A DNA stretch of 56,723 bases, filler included, from Candidatus Woesearchaeota archaeon (GTDB lineage: Archaea > Nanobdellota > Nanobdellia > Woesearchaeales > CAZJJJ01): assembly GCA_046538795.1 (NCBI GenBank). It is 4 parts of 4 records of this genome, joined end to end, with 100 filler letters (N's around TTAATTAATTAA, not from the genome) between each part and the next. Parts side by side here need not be neighbours in the genome. Positions count along the whole stretch, not along the records: positions 18,267 to 35,544 come from JBKHIF010000027.1; positions 35,645 to 52,834 come from JBKHIF010000028.1; 2 more parts are not named here. One strand, 5' to 3'. The notes under the pieces are model-generated. The model made no database searches and had not been told where the DNA came from. It saw nothing but the letters and a program-made list of their open reading frames with translations. The position numbers and the translations under genes are program-made. The number at the start of each line of letters is the position of its first letter. Within the stretch, counting starts at the first letter, position 1. This document shows, in pieces, positions 29,326-40,723 of this stretch.

Positions 29326-31179
29326 TCACATTTTATGTTTGATCTTTTTTCTCCTTCTTGAGCGTTTTGCTTTCCTTGTCATAGATACAAGAACCATAAC
29401 AAGAAGGATGCCTATCACAATACCGAATCCAAATGTAAATACAGATATTATCGCAGGCGAAAAAGTGAAAAACCTAAGGATATTATCACCATTGCTCTCG
29501 TCAAAATATATATCAAGCGTGCTTAGTTCAAGCGCTTGTTCTGCATATATTAAAGAAGAATATACATCAGAATCTTTCAATGAATCTGCATATTCATAGT
29601 AGCTGTACCCTAATATAGGAAAAATCCCCTTTTCCTGCTCTCTGGCAATTACTTTTCTTACCGAATCAAGTTTTCTTTCCACAAGATTCTCCACATTGCC
29701 TTCACTTACACCCATGACACTCAAAAGGACATTAATGGTTGCTTTTGCGTCGCTCGCCTTTGATACGCAAAGATCATAATTACCTTGTTTGTAATCATTC
29801 ATTGCTCTTTCAATATTTCTTCTTGCCTCATCAAGGCTTGCAGGGATGAACAGCTGGACATATTGGTATCTTTCTTGCGCTTCAGATAATTTCTGGATGC
29901 AGGATTCTCTTATGAACTCATCGTTTATATCAAATTGTTTACCGGGAATATCAAAAAAATGCTCCCAAACCTGTGCACTGTCAAGCCGTTCTATAGCATA
30001 TGCAAGGTTATAAAGTGAATTATATTTATCTGTATAAAAAGAAGACTTTGCATTATCAACATAATCTTCTGCTGTAAGTATCCGTTCCTTGACAATCATG
30101 TATGTCTCAAGATCAGAAAGTGTTTCAAGAGATCTATTTTCAAGTCCATGTTCGTAAGCATCTATCTGGGTCTCTACATTCTGAATGATTTCAGCAACAG
30201 TACTATTATCAAGGTCTTTCTGGAGGAGTATTACATTTTGGTACCTTATGTTTGCTCCAAAACAATAGCTTGCAGCAGAATAGTAATTATCAAAATCAAG
30301 CACACTTTCTGCTCTTGCAGTTAGGTTTATTGCAACATCAGTAAGCTCGTTAGCCATTTCAAGCTCATCAGGATTTCCCCATTCAGTTAGATCAACCATG
30401 GTATTATAGAGATTCTCTGTCCTCTCACAAAGCTCTCCTGAAACCATCTTCATAGTCTCCCTGTATTCATCAGGAATATTGAAATCAACCTCTTCCCTGT
30501 AATCTTTTCCGGTTGTGTAGAATACTGCATCTTCAATAGTATATATATCAACCACACGCACGCCGCGGTCCTCGCCGTAATCAATAATATCTATAGTCTC
30601 ATTATCCTCGTTTCTAAGAGTCATGCCTCCAGGTATAAGTATAGTAGATATGCCTTCTTCAGATGCAGCATCAATCTTTGCCCTCAGTCCTGATACAGGC
30701 CCTATCAACCCTCCTGAATTAATTGTTCCTGTAATTGAAACACTCTCATCTATATCAAGATCCTGAAGAGTCGCAAAAGTAAGTGCAGCTATAGCACCGC
30801 CTGCACTAGGACCACCTATGATAACTGAATCTGATCTTATAGTATAGAAAAAATCATAGTTTGAGCAATCCATGTCTAGAAAATTGCACACAGTCTCTTT
30901 TGCAAATCTTGTAGATATCTGAGTATCTACCTTGCTAAGCGGAAATGTATCAATAAAGACTCTTCCGCTTCCCTGACTTATCTCAAGATAAAGGTCAGCT
31001 ATGCTTCCGCTATAATCATCTCCTGCTTGCTGTACGGCAAGAAGTTTAATATGTCCTGATCTTTCTCCCAAAAAACCTTCGCTGTATTCAACGCACGAAA
31101 ATAATAGCAAAAGAATTACAAAAGAATAAATAATAGTTTTTTTAAAACTAAATCTGCTGTTGTTATATGACCCTCCCAT
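29326..31179 (-). CDS. Archaeal Lon-like (S16) serine protease, membrane-anchored, no ATPase
   Basis: IIGGPSAG (Ser) and GPVSGLRAK (Lys) dyad, TGTI motif; N- and C-terminal TM. Confidence 0.88.
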   Translation of the reverse strand: MGGSYNNSRFSFKKTIIYSFVILLLLFSCVEYSEGFLGERSGHIKLLAVQQAGDDYSGSIADLYLEISQGSGRVFIDTFPLSKVDTQISTRFAKETVCNFLDMDCSNYDFFYTIRSDSVIIGGPSAGGAIAALTFATLQDLDIDESVSITGTINSGGLIGPVSGLRAKIDAASEEGISTILIPGGMTLRNEDNETIDIIDYGEDRGVRVVDIYTIEDAVFYTTGKDYREEVDFNIPDEYRETMKMVSGELCERTENLYNTMVDLTEWGNPDELEMANELTDVAINLTARAESVLDFDNYYSAASYCFGANIRYQNVILLQKDLDNSTVAEIIQNVETQIDAYEHGLENRSLETLSDLETYMIVKERILTAEDYVDNAKSSFYTDKYNSLYNLAYAIERLDSAQVWEHFFDIPGKQFDINDEFIRESCIQKLSEAQERYQYVQLFIPASLDEARRNIERAMNDYKQGNYDLCVSKASDAKATINVLLSVMGVSEGNVENLVERKLDSVRKVIAREQEKGIFPILGYSYYEYADSLKDSDVYSSLIYAEQALELSTLDIYFDESNGDNILRFFTFSPAIISVFTFGFGIVIGILLVMVLVSMTRKAKRSRRRKKIKHKM

Positions 31180-31250
31180 GCATACCAGAATAATTCAATC
31201 ATTTATAATTTTTTGCATCGGACAATAGTAAAAAATATTACGGTGGATAA

Positions 31251-31631
31251 ATGATGTCAAAAAAGAAAACAAGCAAAAAACCTGAAGTAATAAAAGGACC
31301 GCAGGAGCATGACTCAGCAAAGATACTCAAGACAATAAAAATTGCAATCGCAGTCATGATGGATTCCATAGATCTTCTTTTTGCAAACATACCCGGAATC
31401 AACACTTTATGGGACTTTGTTACAGCAACAGTGCTCTATTTTATGCTCGATAACAAGAAGCTTGCTTTCTTCTCGCTAACAGAAACGTTGATCCCAGGAC
31501 TTCCTTTCTTCGGCCAGATAGATGCAGTTATTCCTCTTGCAACAATACTTACCATAATCGACAATAAAGGAGAAAAATTCAAAAGAAGATTCAGACATGA
31601 AAAAACGCTTAAGATGAGAAAGATTAACTGA
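31251..31631 (+). CDS. Hypothetical membrane-associated protein
   Basis: 126 aa with hydrophobic core. Confidence 0.65.
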   Translation: MMSKKKTSKKPEVIKGPQEHDSAKILKTIKIAIAVMMDSIDLLFANIPGINTLWDFVTATVLYFMLDNKKLAFFSLTETLIPGLPFFGQIDAVIPLATILTIIDNKGEKFKRRFRHEKTLKMRKIN

Positions 31632-31641
31632 TAAAAAATAA

Positions 31642-33789
31642 TCATTTAACATTTGTTTCTGCAAGATGCACATCATTGTACAGCTCAAGTATCATTAGAT
31701 GAAGCTTCTTTTTTTCACTTGTATCAAGGTCTGAAGTCTCGAAATCCTTTACGATTCTGTTATAATTATACTTTGCATCCTTAATCTTTCCATTTATGAG
31801 CATATGCCTCGCCTGATTGATCATTGAACGCAGATGAAAGCTTCGGGGCGACAGCTGCTGCTCAAACCTTGCCCTTGCCTGCTCTGCTTCATAATCCTTG
31901 CCTGAAAGTTTTGTCGGAATATGCGCAAGCTCTTCTTTCATATATATCTGGAATTCGCGGTCATCAAGCTCCCTTCTTTCACGTATTATATCTGTTTGCA
32001 TGGTCAGAAGAAGATTTTCACGCTCATCAAGTTCATGCTCTCTCTTATCAAGGGCTGCCTCCCATGATGAAAGTTTTTCGGATCTGGATTCAAAATTCGA
32101 ACTCTTATCCTTGATTTCTCGTTCGAGTCTCCGTACACTTTCCAAAAGAGTCTTTTCCTTCTCTTTTAGCTTCTCAACAGATATATCCAGTATCCTTGCA
32201 TTCTTATTCTCTTTTTTCAGTTTCTCGAATTCAGAAATCTTTGACTCAAAAGCCTTCTGCTCAATCATGAATCTCTCACGTTCGCTCCTAAACTCATCTC
32301 TCATCTCTTTTAGTTCTTCTTCCCGTTTATCAAGAGCATGTTTTTCTTTTTCTATCCGCATGAATTTCTGTCTGATAAGAGAATCATCCTCTCTTGATAA
32401 AGAACGAGCAGGAACAGGATCTGTCTCTTTTTCTGAAAAAACCTCTTTGCTGTCAGCAGAGCTGTTGTCAAAACTAATGTTGAACCTGTCATCGCTTTCT
32501 GTGTAATCTTTTTCTGAAGAAACGTGAGAAGTATCAAAAGAGGCATTTTCGTTCACTGATGGCTGGTCATATAAATTATCTGCCGTTACTTTTTTCTGTT
32601 CTTCTTTAAATGAATCTTGTGCATGTTTATTGATCTTGTTTTCATCTACTGTATTTTCTTTGGGAAGACCTGAATCAGTTCTTGGAACAGGAGGAGCTTC
32701 TATAACCACATTTTTTACAGAATTATCATCTTTATGAGAATCATCATTAAATCCAGCTTCAAGGGAATCAGCTTCCATACGTGAAACCATTTCAGGCTCT
32801 ATCTTTCTTTCTTCATTTCGGGACTCTTCATCAAGCTTATCAAAAGATTCGTCTATCATCTCAAGAGGAGATTTCTGTTTTTCTGTTTGCTTCTTTTTGA
32901 ATATTCTGCTGAAAAAACCCTTTTTCTTGGGAGGTGGAGGAACATCTGACTGTGATCCTGCCTCTTTTCTTTCGCTTCTTACTGCATGCGGCAGCATAGG
33001 AGGCTTAGGAGGCGCTTCTTTTGAAACAGCATGAATATCAGAAGAGGACGCATCAGGGCTTTCAAGTTCTATATGCTCTCTTTTCTCAATATCAGAAATT
33101 TTTGACAAATAAGAAGAATCAAGCTCTTCTATCTTTTTTTCGTCGTCTTCAAGTTCATCTTCTTCTTTTTCAAGAGCAGAATCAATATCTTTTTCATCCT
33201 CAGAAAGAATATTCTTGTAAAAATCCTCATTCAATTTATCAAGTTCTTTTCTGGAGTTGAAATCAGAACCGTCAAGAAGCTCTTTATTCTTATCAGAATC
33301 ATTATTATCTGCAGGAGGTGAAGGAATACCCTCATCAGGATCATGAATGCTATCAAAATAATCAACTTCGTTTTTTCTTTTTTCAAACATATCAACATCA
33401 GCAGACCGAGATTTTCCTAAAGAACCAGGAATAGGGGCATCCCCCAAAAGATCATCCATCTTGTTATGCACATCAGAAGACCCTTGTTTTTCAACAGAAG
33501 CGTCCTTGTTATCGTCTGCCATGAATTCAGTCTTGAGTATGTCTTTTGAGCCAGAATCCCATCTTTGAAGATCCTTAAGCATAGTGTCAAAAGTCTTTTT
33601 TGTATTTTTTCCGGTTCTTTTTTTTGGAGCAGATCTTTTTTTGTAGGATTTATCGCCTGATGCTTTTTTTGAAGAAGACTTTGCACTACGAGTTTCATTT
33701 GATCTTGTGTTTTTCCCGCCCTTATTTTTAGAGCTGGATCTAGAACTATTTCTACCAGTAGCTCTAGCAGTCTTCTTTTTACCAACCAT
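31642..33789 (-). CDS. Large disordered/coiled-coil protein
   Basis: Basic N-terminus, acidic Pro-rich middle with KKKGFFSRIFKKK, coiled coil and helical C-terminal domain. Confidence 0.8.
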   Translation of the reverse strand: MVGKKKTARATGRNSSRSSSKNKGGKNTRSNETRSAKSSSKKASGDKSYKKRSAPKKRTGKNTKKTFDTMLKDLQRWDSGSKDILKTEFMADDNKDASVEKQGSSDVHNKMDDLLGDAPIPGSLGKSRSADVDMFEKRKNEVDYFDSIHDPDEGIPSPPADNNDSDKNKELLDGSDFNSRKELDKLNEDFYKNILSEDEKDIDSALEKEEDELEDDEKKIEELDSSYLSKISDIEKREHIELESPDASSSDIHAVSKEAPPKPPMLPHAVRSERKEAGSQSDVPPPPKKKGFFSRIFKKKQTEKQKSPLEMIDESFDKLDEESRNEERKIEPEMVSRMEADSLEAGFNDDSHKDDNSVKNVVIEAPPVPRTDSGLPKENTVDENKINKHAQDSFKEEQKKVTADNLYDQPSVNENASFDTSHVSSEKDYTESDDRFNISFDNSSADSKEVFSEKETDPVPARSLSREDDSLIRQKFMRIEKEKHALDKREEELKEMRDEFRSERERFMIEQKAFESKISEFEKLKKENKNARILDISVEKLKEKEKTLLESVRRLEREIKDKSSNFESRSEKLSSWEAALDKREHELDERENLLLTMQTDIIRERRELDDREFQIYMKEELAHIPTKLSGKDYEAEQARARFEQQLSPRSFHLRSMINQARHMLINGKIKDAKYNYNRIVKDFETSDLDTSEKKKLHLMILELYNDVHLAETNVK

Positions 33790-33942
33790 CAGTTTTATTT
33801 TAGAAGAATTCATTTAAAATATTTTGTTATTTCTTTCAAATGATTAAACCCAATCTCCGAGAAACATATAAGACTGAGACCTATTAAAAAGAAAAAGGTT
33901 TTTAAATAGGATGGATTTTCTTTGAACATAAAGGTGGTTTTA

Positions 33943-34119
33943 ATGGAAGAAAACAATCTTAAATGCTCATCTTCAAACAAAGAAATTACAAATGAACAGG
34001 GCGCAGTGAAATTTCCCTGTCCTAACTGCAGCAAATGCATGATCGTAAGGACAAGGCACTCAAGAAAGATTGCTGCCAAATATACGTGTCCTGAATGCGG
34101 ATTTACAGGTCCTAACTGA
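33943..34119 (+). CDS. Zinc-ribbon protein, DUF1610/COG2888 family
   Basis: FPCPNC...YTCPECGFTGP, directly upstream of EF-1beta (conserved archaeal synteny). Confidence 0.88.
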   Translation: MEENNLKCSSSNKEITNEQGAVKFPCPNCSKCMIVRTRHSRKIAAKYTCPECGFTGPN

Positions 34120-34136
34120 TCATAAGAGGTGTTTAG

Positions 34137-34412
34137 ATGGCAAATGTTATAATAACTATGAAGATAATGCCCGAATCTCCAGAGACAGATCTTGAAGCTC
34201 TCAAGGAAAAGGCAAAAAAGATGATAGCTGATTTTGGCGGAGAGGTCGGAAAAGAAGAGATTGAACCTGTTGCTTTTGGGCTTAAGGCAATCAATCTGAT
34301 ATTTGTTTCTGATGAAAACAAAGGTTCCACTGAAGAACTTGAAAAACAGGTAAGTGATATAGAAGAGGTTACTTCAGTCGAGATAACTGATGTTAGGCGT
34401 GCTGTCGGTTAG
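34137..34412 (+). CDS. ef1b: Translation elongation factor 1-beta
   Basis: KIMPESPETDL and EPVAFGLKA motifs. Confidence 0.93.
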   Translation: MANVIITMKIMPESPETDLEALKEKAKKMIADFGGEVGKEEIEPVAFGLKAINLIFVSDENKGSTEELEKQVSDIEEVTSVEITDVRRAVG

Positions 34413-34553
34413 GCAGGCGATAATTTTTATTTTTTAACATATTATTTTAGTCAAAGCTTGTTCTTTAGGCATTCTCCATATCAACTCAGAAAAAACAACC
34501 TCAATATGATCTATAATTAATAGTATGAATTAATAGTATGAGAACAAAAATAA

Positions 34554-35544
34554 TCAGTCTCCTTTTTTCTTGATATACATATCAACTTTTTCGCGTATCA
34601 TGTTTACACGCTGGTTGTTTGCATTTACTTCTTCTTTGCAAAGATCAACCTTTTCATCATAGGATTTCATATCTTTTCTAAGAGACGATATGGAATCATC
34701 AAAATCATCAAGCCTTGTTATGTGGGAGCGTATCTCTTCTACTTCTTCATAGACAGCCTTATCTTTCTCGATTATAGCTTTCATTCCAAAAAGAGATTGC
34801 TTGACAAGAGAAGACATCTCATTAAAGCGGGCCTTGAACTCGTCTTTTTCCTGAACTAATGCCTTATTTTGCGAGATTAGCTTTTCCTGCTCTTTTTTCT
34901 GCATATCGATTATTCCCTGAAATTTATTCATCTGCTTATCAATCTCAGCTACATAAGATTTCATCTGCTTGTCGATTATCTTCTGCTGATCTTTCTTGAA
35001 ACCCTTAAGAACATCATTAAATTCTTTAATCTTATTTTCATGAGAATCATGTTTTTTCATCATCTTGTCATGATTCTTTTCCATCTTTTTGTGAAGCTTT
35101 GTTATTTCTTTGTGAGTCTTTTCGACAGATTTCCTCTCTTTTTTCAACTGGTCAAGAGCATCCTTGTGAGTTTTTTTCATGGATTCAACCTTTGAATCCA
35201 CGCTTTTGTGAATGCCGGAAACCCTTTTTGAAAGATCAGATACTTTCTTGTGTGCGCTTTCATCTTTGTAGGACGGCTGGACAGAACCTGACAGCCCGGA
35301 CATATCAATATCATCTATGTCAGGATTTACAAATTCATCCTGATTTATAGCAGAAGCTGAAACACCTATGACACTATCACCAGATGCTGAGTCCTTAGAT
35401 GAATCTCCATCATTCTTCAGTTTAGTTTTATGTGATGTTCTTTTTGTAGCTTTTTTCATAGATGATTTTTTTTCTGCCTTTTGTTTATCATTTGATTTGT
35501 TATCAGAAGAATCGTCAGTATCAGCTCCAAGAGCAATCACCTTT
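34554..35544 (-). CDS. Coiled-coil protein (5'-truncated by gap)
   Basis: Open frame runs into the linker; K/D/E-rich. Confidence 0.75.
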
Positions 35545-35644
35545 NNNNNNNNNNNNNNNNNNNNNNNNNNNNNNNNNNNNNNNNNNNNTTAATTAATTAA
35601 NNNNNNNNNNNNNNNNNNNNNNNNNNNNNNNNNNNNNNNNNNNN
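35545..35644. other. Artificial contig linker
   Basis: N-run with TTAATTAATTAA. Confidence 0.98.
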
Positions 35645-36917
35645 CAATAGTTAGCCAGGCTGATTTCTTTGATGTAAGTCTTTTTTCGCTAAAGACAAAA
35701 CTAAAGTATCTGTATAATATGAAAACAATCCCCAAAGATCCCAATATGAAGAGGAAAACCCCTATTCCGGTAGGATTATCAAACATGCCCTGAAGAGGAG
35801 CAATGAAAAAATCCCTGAATGTGTATAACCGTGCCCAGTTGCCACCTGCCTGAGAATGAGATACGCTTGATGTTATTGCCATCCCTTTGTCCATGCCTTC
35901 TATGCCAAATTTAAGAAATACAGGTATCCAATATACGATTAAAGATAACAGAAAACCTAGTGCTCCTGCAGAAAATATCCTCCAGTACATCTTTCGCTTT
36001 TGTATTGCATGAATACCATAATACAATATGAACATCATGCCAAAAAATACGTTGTCTGTCGGCTGTGCAACCATTATTGATGCTATCATAAGTATAGACG
36101 CATAGAGCCATATATTCTCTTTTTTGTTCTTCCTAAGTTTTTCTATACAGTAAAATGCTGGAAAATAAAGGATTAGTGCAAGTGTTGTCGACCAGATGAA
36201 ATGGCTTAGGAATGATGGCAACATAACCAGGGCAAATGCTGCAAAAAGAGCAATATTTTGATTTTTTGTAAATTCTTTAACTAAAAAAAAGAACCATAAG
36301 TGGCCAAGTGCTATCATCAAAGGATTGAAAAATTTGAGTATCCAGTTGGTATCCTTATATGTCTGTCTCATAAGTCCCATTATAGAATCATAAGCAGGAG
36401 GATAAGGCTCAAGATAATGTATGGACATTGAATCAAATACTTCAAGATCGCGTATATAGCTCTTTTGCTCAGAAACAAAGAATGTGCCTGCTGCATGTTC
36501 CCAAGGATCACCATCTTCAAGCCAGGGATATGCAAATGATCCTTTTACAAACGTAAATAAAAGAATTGAACTAAGAATAATTGCAGCTATCATGAATAAG
36601 GTGGATTTTTTGATAGTAAAAAAGTCCTTTAATTTTTCTTTAATAAGCAATCCATTATTTTCCTTATAGTGCCTGTAAATAGCATATCCAGGAACAATAA
36701 GAGACAATACAAGATACAATTTCCAATCAATAGGTATCCTAAGCCTTGGAAGCACTGTTATAAGAAGTGTAAGAACTCCCATACCTATGCCGGTATTCAT
36801 TATCAGTCGTTCTAATGGAGAATCAGAATAATACTTTTTCTTGATAAAATAAGTAACTGAGAAACCAAAACCCCAAAGATATATGAAAAATAATAATATT
36901 GTAAAAAACATTCCCAA
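35645..36917 (-). CDS. Polytopic membrane protein, probable GT-C-fold glycosyltransferase (3'-truncated)
   Basis: Many TM helices; EDGDPWEH and YPPAY loop motifs. Confidence 0.6.
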
Positions 36918-37126
36918 AACATATCACCTTAACACATGATCACATTTGTTGAGTTATTTATTTGATCCGGATATTACTGAATCAATGCCTCGCACATTTG
37001 GATATTTTATGATTATTTTTAAATCTTGTTGTTGAACCCACATTAAATATATTAAATTAAATCTGCTAAATATTAAACACCTTAATAAAAAAACCTAAAG
37101 AGCTAAGAGATATCTCATATGTTTAC

Positions 37127-39118
37127 TTATTTTACATCATATTTCAACACATAACATTCTCTTTGGTCTTTTATGTTGACAAATCTTGAAAGTTTTTCTT
37201 TAAGCCTGTCAACAGGAATCTTCTTAGGAAGCTTTTTGTCATAGGAAACATTTGTGAATTCAATCTTTTCATATGATGCATGGTTAGATAGATGAGAAAG
37301 CACATATTTTTCAGATATCACAAAGGTTCCTGAACTGTAGAGGATATATCCTTTCTGAAGAAGAGATTTTAATGTATCTACTATATTCATGTTGCCTGTC
37401 TTTGATATCATCTGCTCTTTTGTAAATTTTTTCAGATGAAACGCGTTCTGTAGGATCTTCATCTCAACTTCAGAAAGTTCGCTTAAGTTTGGAAGAAAAG
37501 ACGCCTTATATGAATTGACATCTCTTACTATGGCGCCTTCATCCTGATCCACCAAAAGGTTAAATGATTTTGAATTATGCTCACATAGGAAAAGAACTGC
37601 CGGAACGATTGTCTTTGAGATCGAGTTTATCTTATCTGTTGACATAAGCCTTATATCTTTTTCAGTGATCTTAGGAAGTATCATAGGCATTGCAGGTGTA
37701 TCCTTATGCTCATCTAATTCTTCAAAAAATTTATCATCATCATTCTGCGGGACAGATTGGAGAATATTTACTGCAACACCACCATGCTTTGTCTTCCTGG
37801 GCCTGATATTTACAAAAAGAGGCATATCTACAACTCCAGTTATAAGAGATGAGCCTATCGGCAGGTTTTGTATCTCTTTTTCTGACTGAGTGTTTATGCC
37901 CTCGACTGAATTTAGGACTGCTTTTAAGTCATTAGGATTTGTAACCTTTAGTATTATCTGAGTAGTGCACTGACTTAAAACAGATTTATCAAGCCTTGCT
38001 GGCCTCTGGGTTATCACACACAGGCCAAGCCCAAATTTTCTTCCTTCTGAAGCGACTGTCCTTAGTATTTTGGATGATTTTGATTCGCCGAAACCGCGCT
38101 CTGGACAAAAATTATGAGCTTCTTCCACGACGACAAAAAACGGAGGTATCTTATTTATTTTCCTCTGGTCAAAAAGATCTTTCATAAGCTTGTATACGAC
38201 GATTTCCTGGGCTTCAGGAGGAAGGCCTTTTAGGTTAACTATTGAACATCTTCCTGGCTGGATAAGCTCGTTGTAAGGAGTGTAGTTCACAGAGAAAAGG
38301 TTGAATGCCTTCAAATGATCAACAACACTTATGATATTGTATTTTGAAGGACTCTCTTCCATCTCAAGTTCAAGTATAAGGTTAGTGAAATCTATCTTTT
38401 TGAGATTTTTAACAGCATTATAAAGTATTGCAAGCTGAGCAGAACTAAGCCTTGTCGGAAGAAGGTGTATGAGCTCCTGGGCCTTAAGGTCATCGTTTAA
38501 CTTAAGAGGGTTCATGTCGTTTATGAAGCCATATTCTCTTATTTGCCTTGTGTATCTTTTAGGCTTCACACCATATCTCTGCATTGCAGCGATGTCTTTC
38601 TGATCATCATTTGCATACTTCATAGAAGAATACTCTCCATGAGGATCTATTATAAGAAGTGGCACATTAAGCTCTAATATTTCTTCAAGAAGAACTCCAA
38701 CAGTATATGATTTTCCACTTCCTGATTTCGCAAGGACAGCGATATGTTTTGTAAGAAGTTTTTTAAGATCTAGATATATCGGGATATTTTTTCCTTCAAG
38801 CTTACCTACATATGCGCCATCTTTTTCAGATATCTGTATTATGTCTCTTATGAAATCATCTTCAGCTATGAGAACTTCTGTCTGGGGCTTAAAAGGCATT
38901 CTTATCTGCTTTATCTTTCCATCCTTATCCTTGTAGCCTATGATATTGCACTTTGCAATTGTCTTGTCTTCATCCATCTCCAGTTCAATGATCTGGCACA
39001 AGACATAGTCATAATTAGGATGATACACTTGCACAAAATCAAACTTGTTGACATCTGATTCTGTAACAAACCTGAATTCAGTAGTTGTTGTCTTTCCAAA
39101 GATCTTACCGACAATCAT
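37127..39118 (-). CDS. herA: HerA/FtsK-family ATPase (DUF87) with C-terminal extension
   Basis: AKSGSGKS (Walker A), DPHGEY, VVVEEAH (Walker B), SEGRKFG and TQRP. Confidence 0.85.
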   Translation of the reverse strand: MIVGKIFGKTTTTEFRFVTESDVNKFDFVQVYHPNYDYVLCQIIELEMDEDKTIAKCNIIGYKDKDGKIKQIRMPFKPQTEVLIAEDDFIRDIIQISEKDGAYVGKLEGKNIPIYLDLKKLLTKHIAVLAKSGSGKSYTVGVLLEEILELNVPLLIIDPHGEYSSMKYANDDQKDIAAMQRYGVKPKRYTRQIREYGFINDMNPLKLNDDLKAQELIHLLPTRLSSAQLAILYNAVKNLKKIDFTNLILELEMEESPSKYNIISVVDHLKAFNLFSVNYTPYNELIQPGRCSIVNLKGLPPEAQEIVVYKLMKDLFDQRKINKIPPFFVVVEEAHNFCPERGFGESKSSKILRTVASEGRKFGLGLCVITQRPARLDKSVLSQCTTQIILKVTNPNDLKAVLNSVEGINTQSEKEIQNLPIGSSLITGVVDMPLFVNIRPRKTKHGGVAVNILQSVPQNDDDKFFEELDEHKDTPAMPMILPKITEKDIRLMSTDKINSISKTIVPAVLFLCEHNSKSFNLLVDQDEGAIVRDVNSYKASFLPNLSELSEVEMKILQNAFHLKKFTKEQMISKTGNMNIVDTLKSLLQKGYILYSSGTFVISEKYVLSHLSNHASYEKIEFTNVSYDKKLPKKIPVDRLKEKLSRFVNIKDQRECYVLKYDVK

Positions 39119-39245
39119 ACAGTGAGATGAGGAACTGACGTGATTTATATAAGTTTCTAAATGGTAATTTTTAAAAAAGGCTTGCAAGAAATCTATCTTT
39201 TCTAATACCTAAATCTTTTTTAACGCCAAAAACCTATCTTATCAA

Positions 39246-40646
39246 ATGCTTAGGAGAAGCAATGAGTTTCGGGACAAGAACGATGCGCTTAAGTTTCTGA
39301 ATGATCCAAAAAATAATATCATGTTTGTAAGGCTTATATTTCCTGACATACTAGGAAGACTTAGAGAGTTTTGCGTGCCGGTTTCAGAAATATCTGATGT
39401 GATAAACTACGGCAAGAGTTTTGAAGGGGGTTCTGTCGACGGACTAATAAGGATGATGGATTCTGATCTTAGGATAAAACCTGATCCAAAAAGTCTTAAG
39501 ATTATTCCCTGGACATATATTGGAAGCGATGATAACATAACCTGGAAAGAGGCGCTTATATTCGGAGAGATTTTCACAGCAGAAGGCGAACATTATGCAG
39601 GAGATACAAGGCATATACTGAAAAAGATACTCCAGAAAGCAAATGAGACTTTCAATATAGATGACTTCCAGATAGGTCTTGAGCCTGAATTTTTCATACT
39701 AAAAAGCCCGATAAGACCAGAGTGCGTTGATAAGGGCAATTATTATCTTGGAGGAAAAAACGGGGAGATAAGAAAAGAGATACAGATATATCTTCATGAA
39801 ATGGGTATAAGGACTGAATCAGATTATCACGGAGAATCATGCTCGCAGCACGTGATAAAGCTTAAGCACGCTAATGCAAAAGATATGGCAGATAATTTCA
39901 TGATATACAAGTACGTGGTTAAAAAGGTTGCAAGAAGATTTGCATACTATGCGACCTTCATGCCAAAACCATTTGAGGACATGGGAGGTTCTGGACTTCA
40001 TGTGCACCAATCATTATGGAGCAAGAACAAGAACATGATATATGACGAAAAAGACAGGTACAAACTTTCCTACCTTGGAAAGCGTTATCTTGCAGGCATT
40101 CTCAAGTATTCCAAGGAAATATCTCTTATAACAAACAACTGGTTAAATTCCTACAAAAGAATAAAGGGAAATTCAACTGCGCCTGCCTATGCGATATGGG
40201 GAAGAAGCAATCAGTCTCTTTATGCGAGAATACCTGATTTTGCTGGACGAGAAAATGCAGCAAGGATTGAATTAAGAAATCCAGATTCATGCACTAATCC
40301 ATATCTTTGTTTCTCAGCAATACTATCTGCAGGACTTCAGGGCGTGAAAGACAATCTTGAGCTTGAGACGCCTTTTGAATCTGATATCGAACAGTTAAAA
40401 GATGACGAAAAGGAAAATCTTGACAAATCAAGGCTTCCTAAAAATCTTAAGATAGCTTTGGATATGGCGCGCGAAAGCAATCTTTTGAAATATTCTATAG
40501 GTCTTCATGCATTCAAGAAGATGATTTCTGCAAAAGAGGAAGAACTTAGAAAATATGAAGAAAAAACAGGGCTAGATATCGACGATGAAAAGCAAGTAGC
40601 AAAGATAACAGATTTTGAGATTGATGAATATCTTCATTGGATGTAA
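39246..40646 (+). CDS. Glutamine synthetase type I-like protein with degenerate active site
   Basis: LEPEFF, TFMPKP, GSGLHVHQSL, NSYKR and RIELRNPD; several catalytic residues are substituted. Confidence 0.85.
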   Translation: MLRRSNEFRDKNDALKFLNDPKNNIMFVRLIFPDILGRLREFCVPVSEISDVINYGKSFEGGSVDGLIRMMDSDLRIKPDPKSLKIIPWTYIGSDDNITWKEALIFGEIFTAEGEHYAGDTRHILKKILQKANETFNIDDFQIGLEPEFFILKSPIRPECVDKGNYYLGGKNGEIRKEIQIYLHEMGIRTESDYHGESCSQHVIKLKHANAKDMADNFMIYKYVVKKVARRFAYYATFMPKPFEDMGGSGLHVHQSLWSKNKNMIYDEKDRYKLSYLGKRYLAGILKYSKEISLITNNWLNSYKRIKGNSTAPAYAIWGRSNQSLYARIPDFAGRENAARIELRNPDSCTNPYLCFSAILSAGLQGVKDNLELETPFESDIEQLKDDEKENLDKSRLPKNLKIALDMARESNLLKYSIGLHAFKKMISAKEEELRKYEEKTGLDIDDEKQVAKITDFEIDEYLHWM

Positions 40647-40723
40647 AAAACACAATAATATAAGCTAAAATAGCGATCATTTAAACCATATATTTATAAA
40701 ATAAATACAAAATTCTTCTATGT

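Noticed and set aside
34514..34540. Short tandem duplication AATTAATAGTATG x2 (similar 10-mer duplication near 25760)
   Set aside because: Two-copy AT-rich slippage with no further structure.
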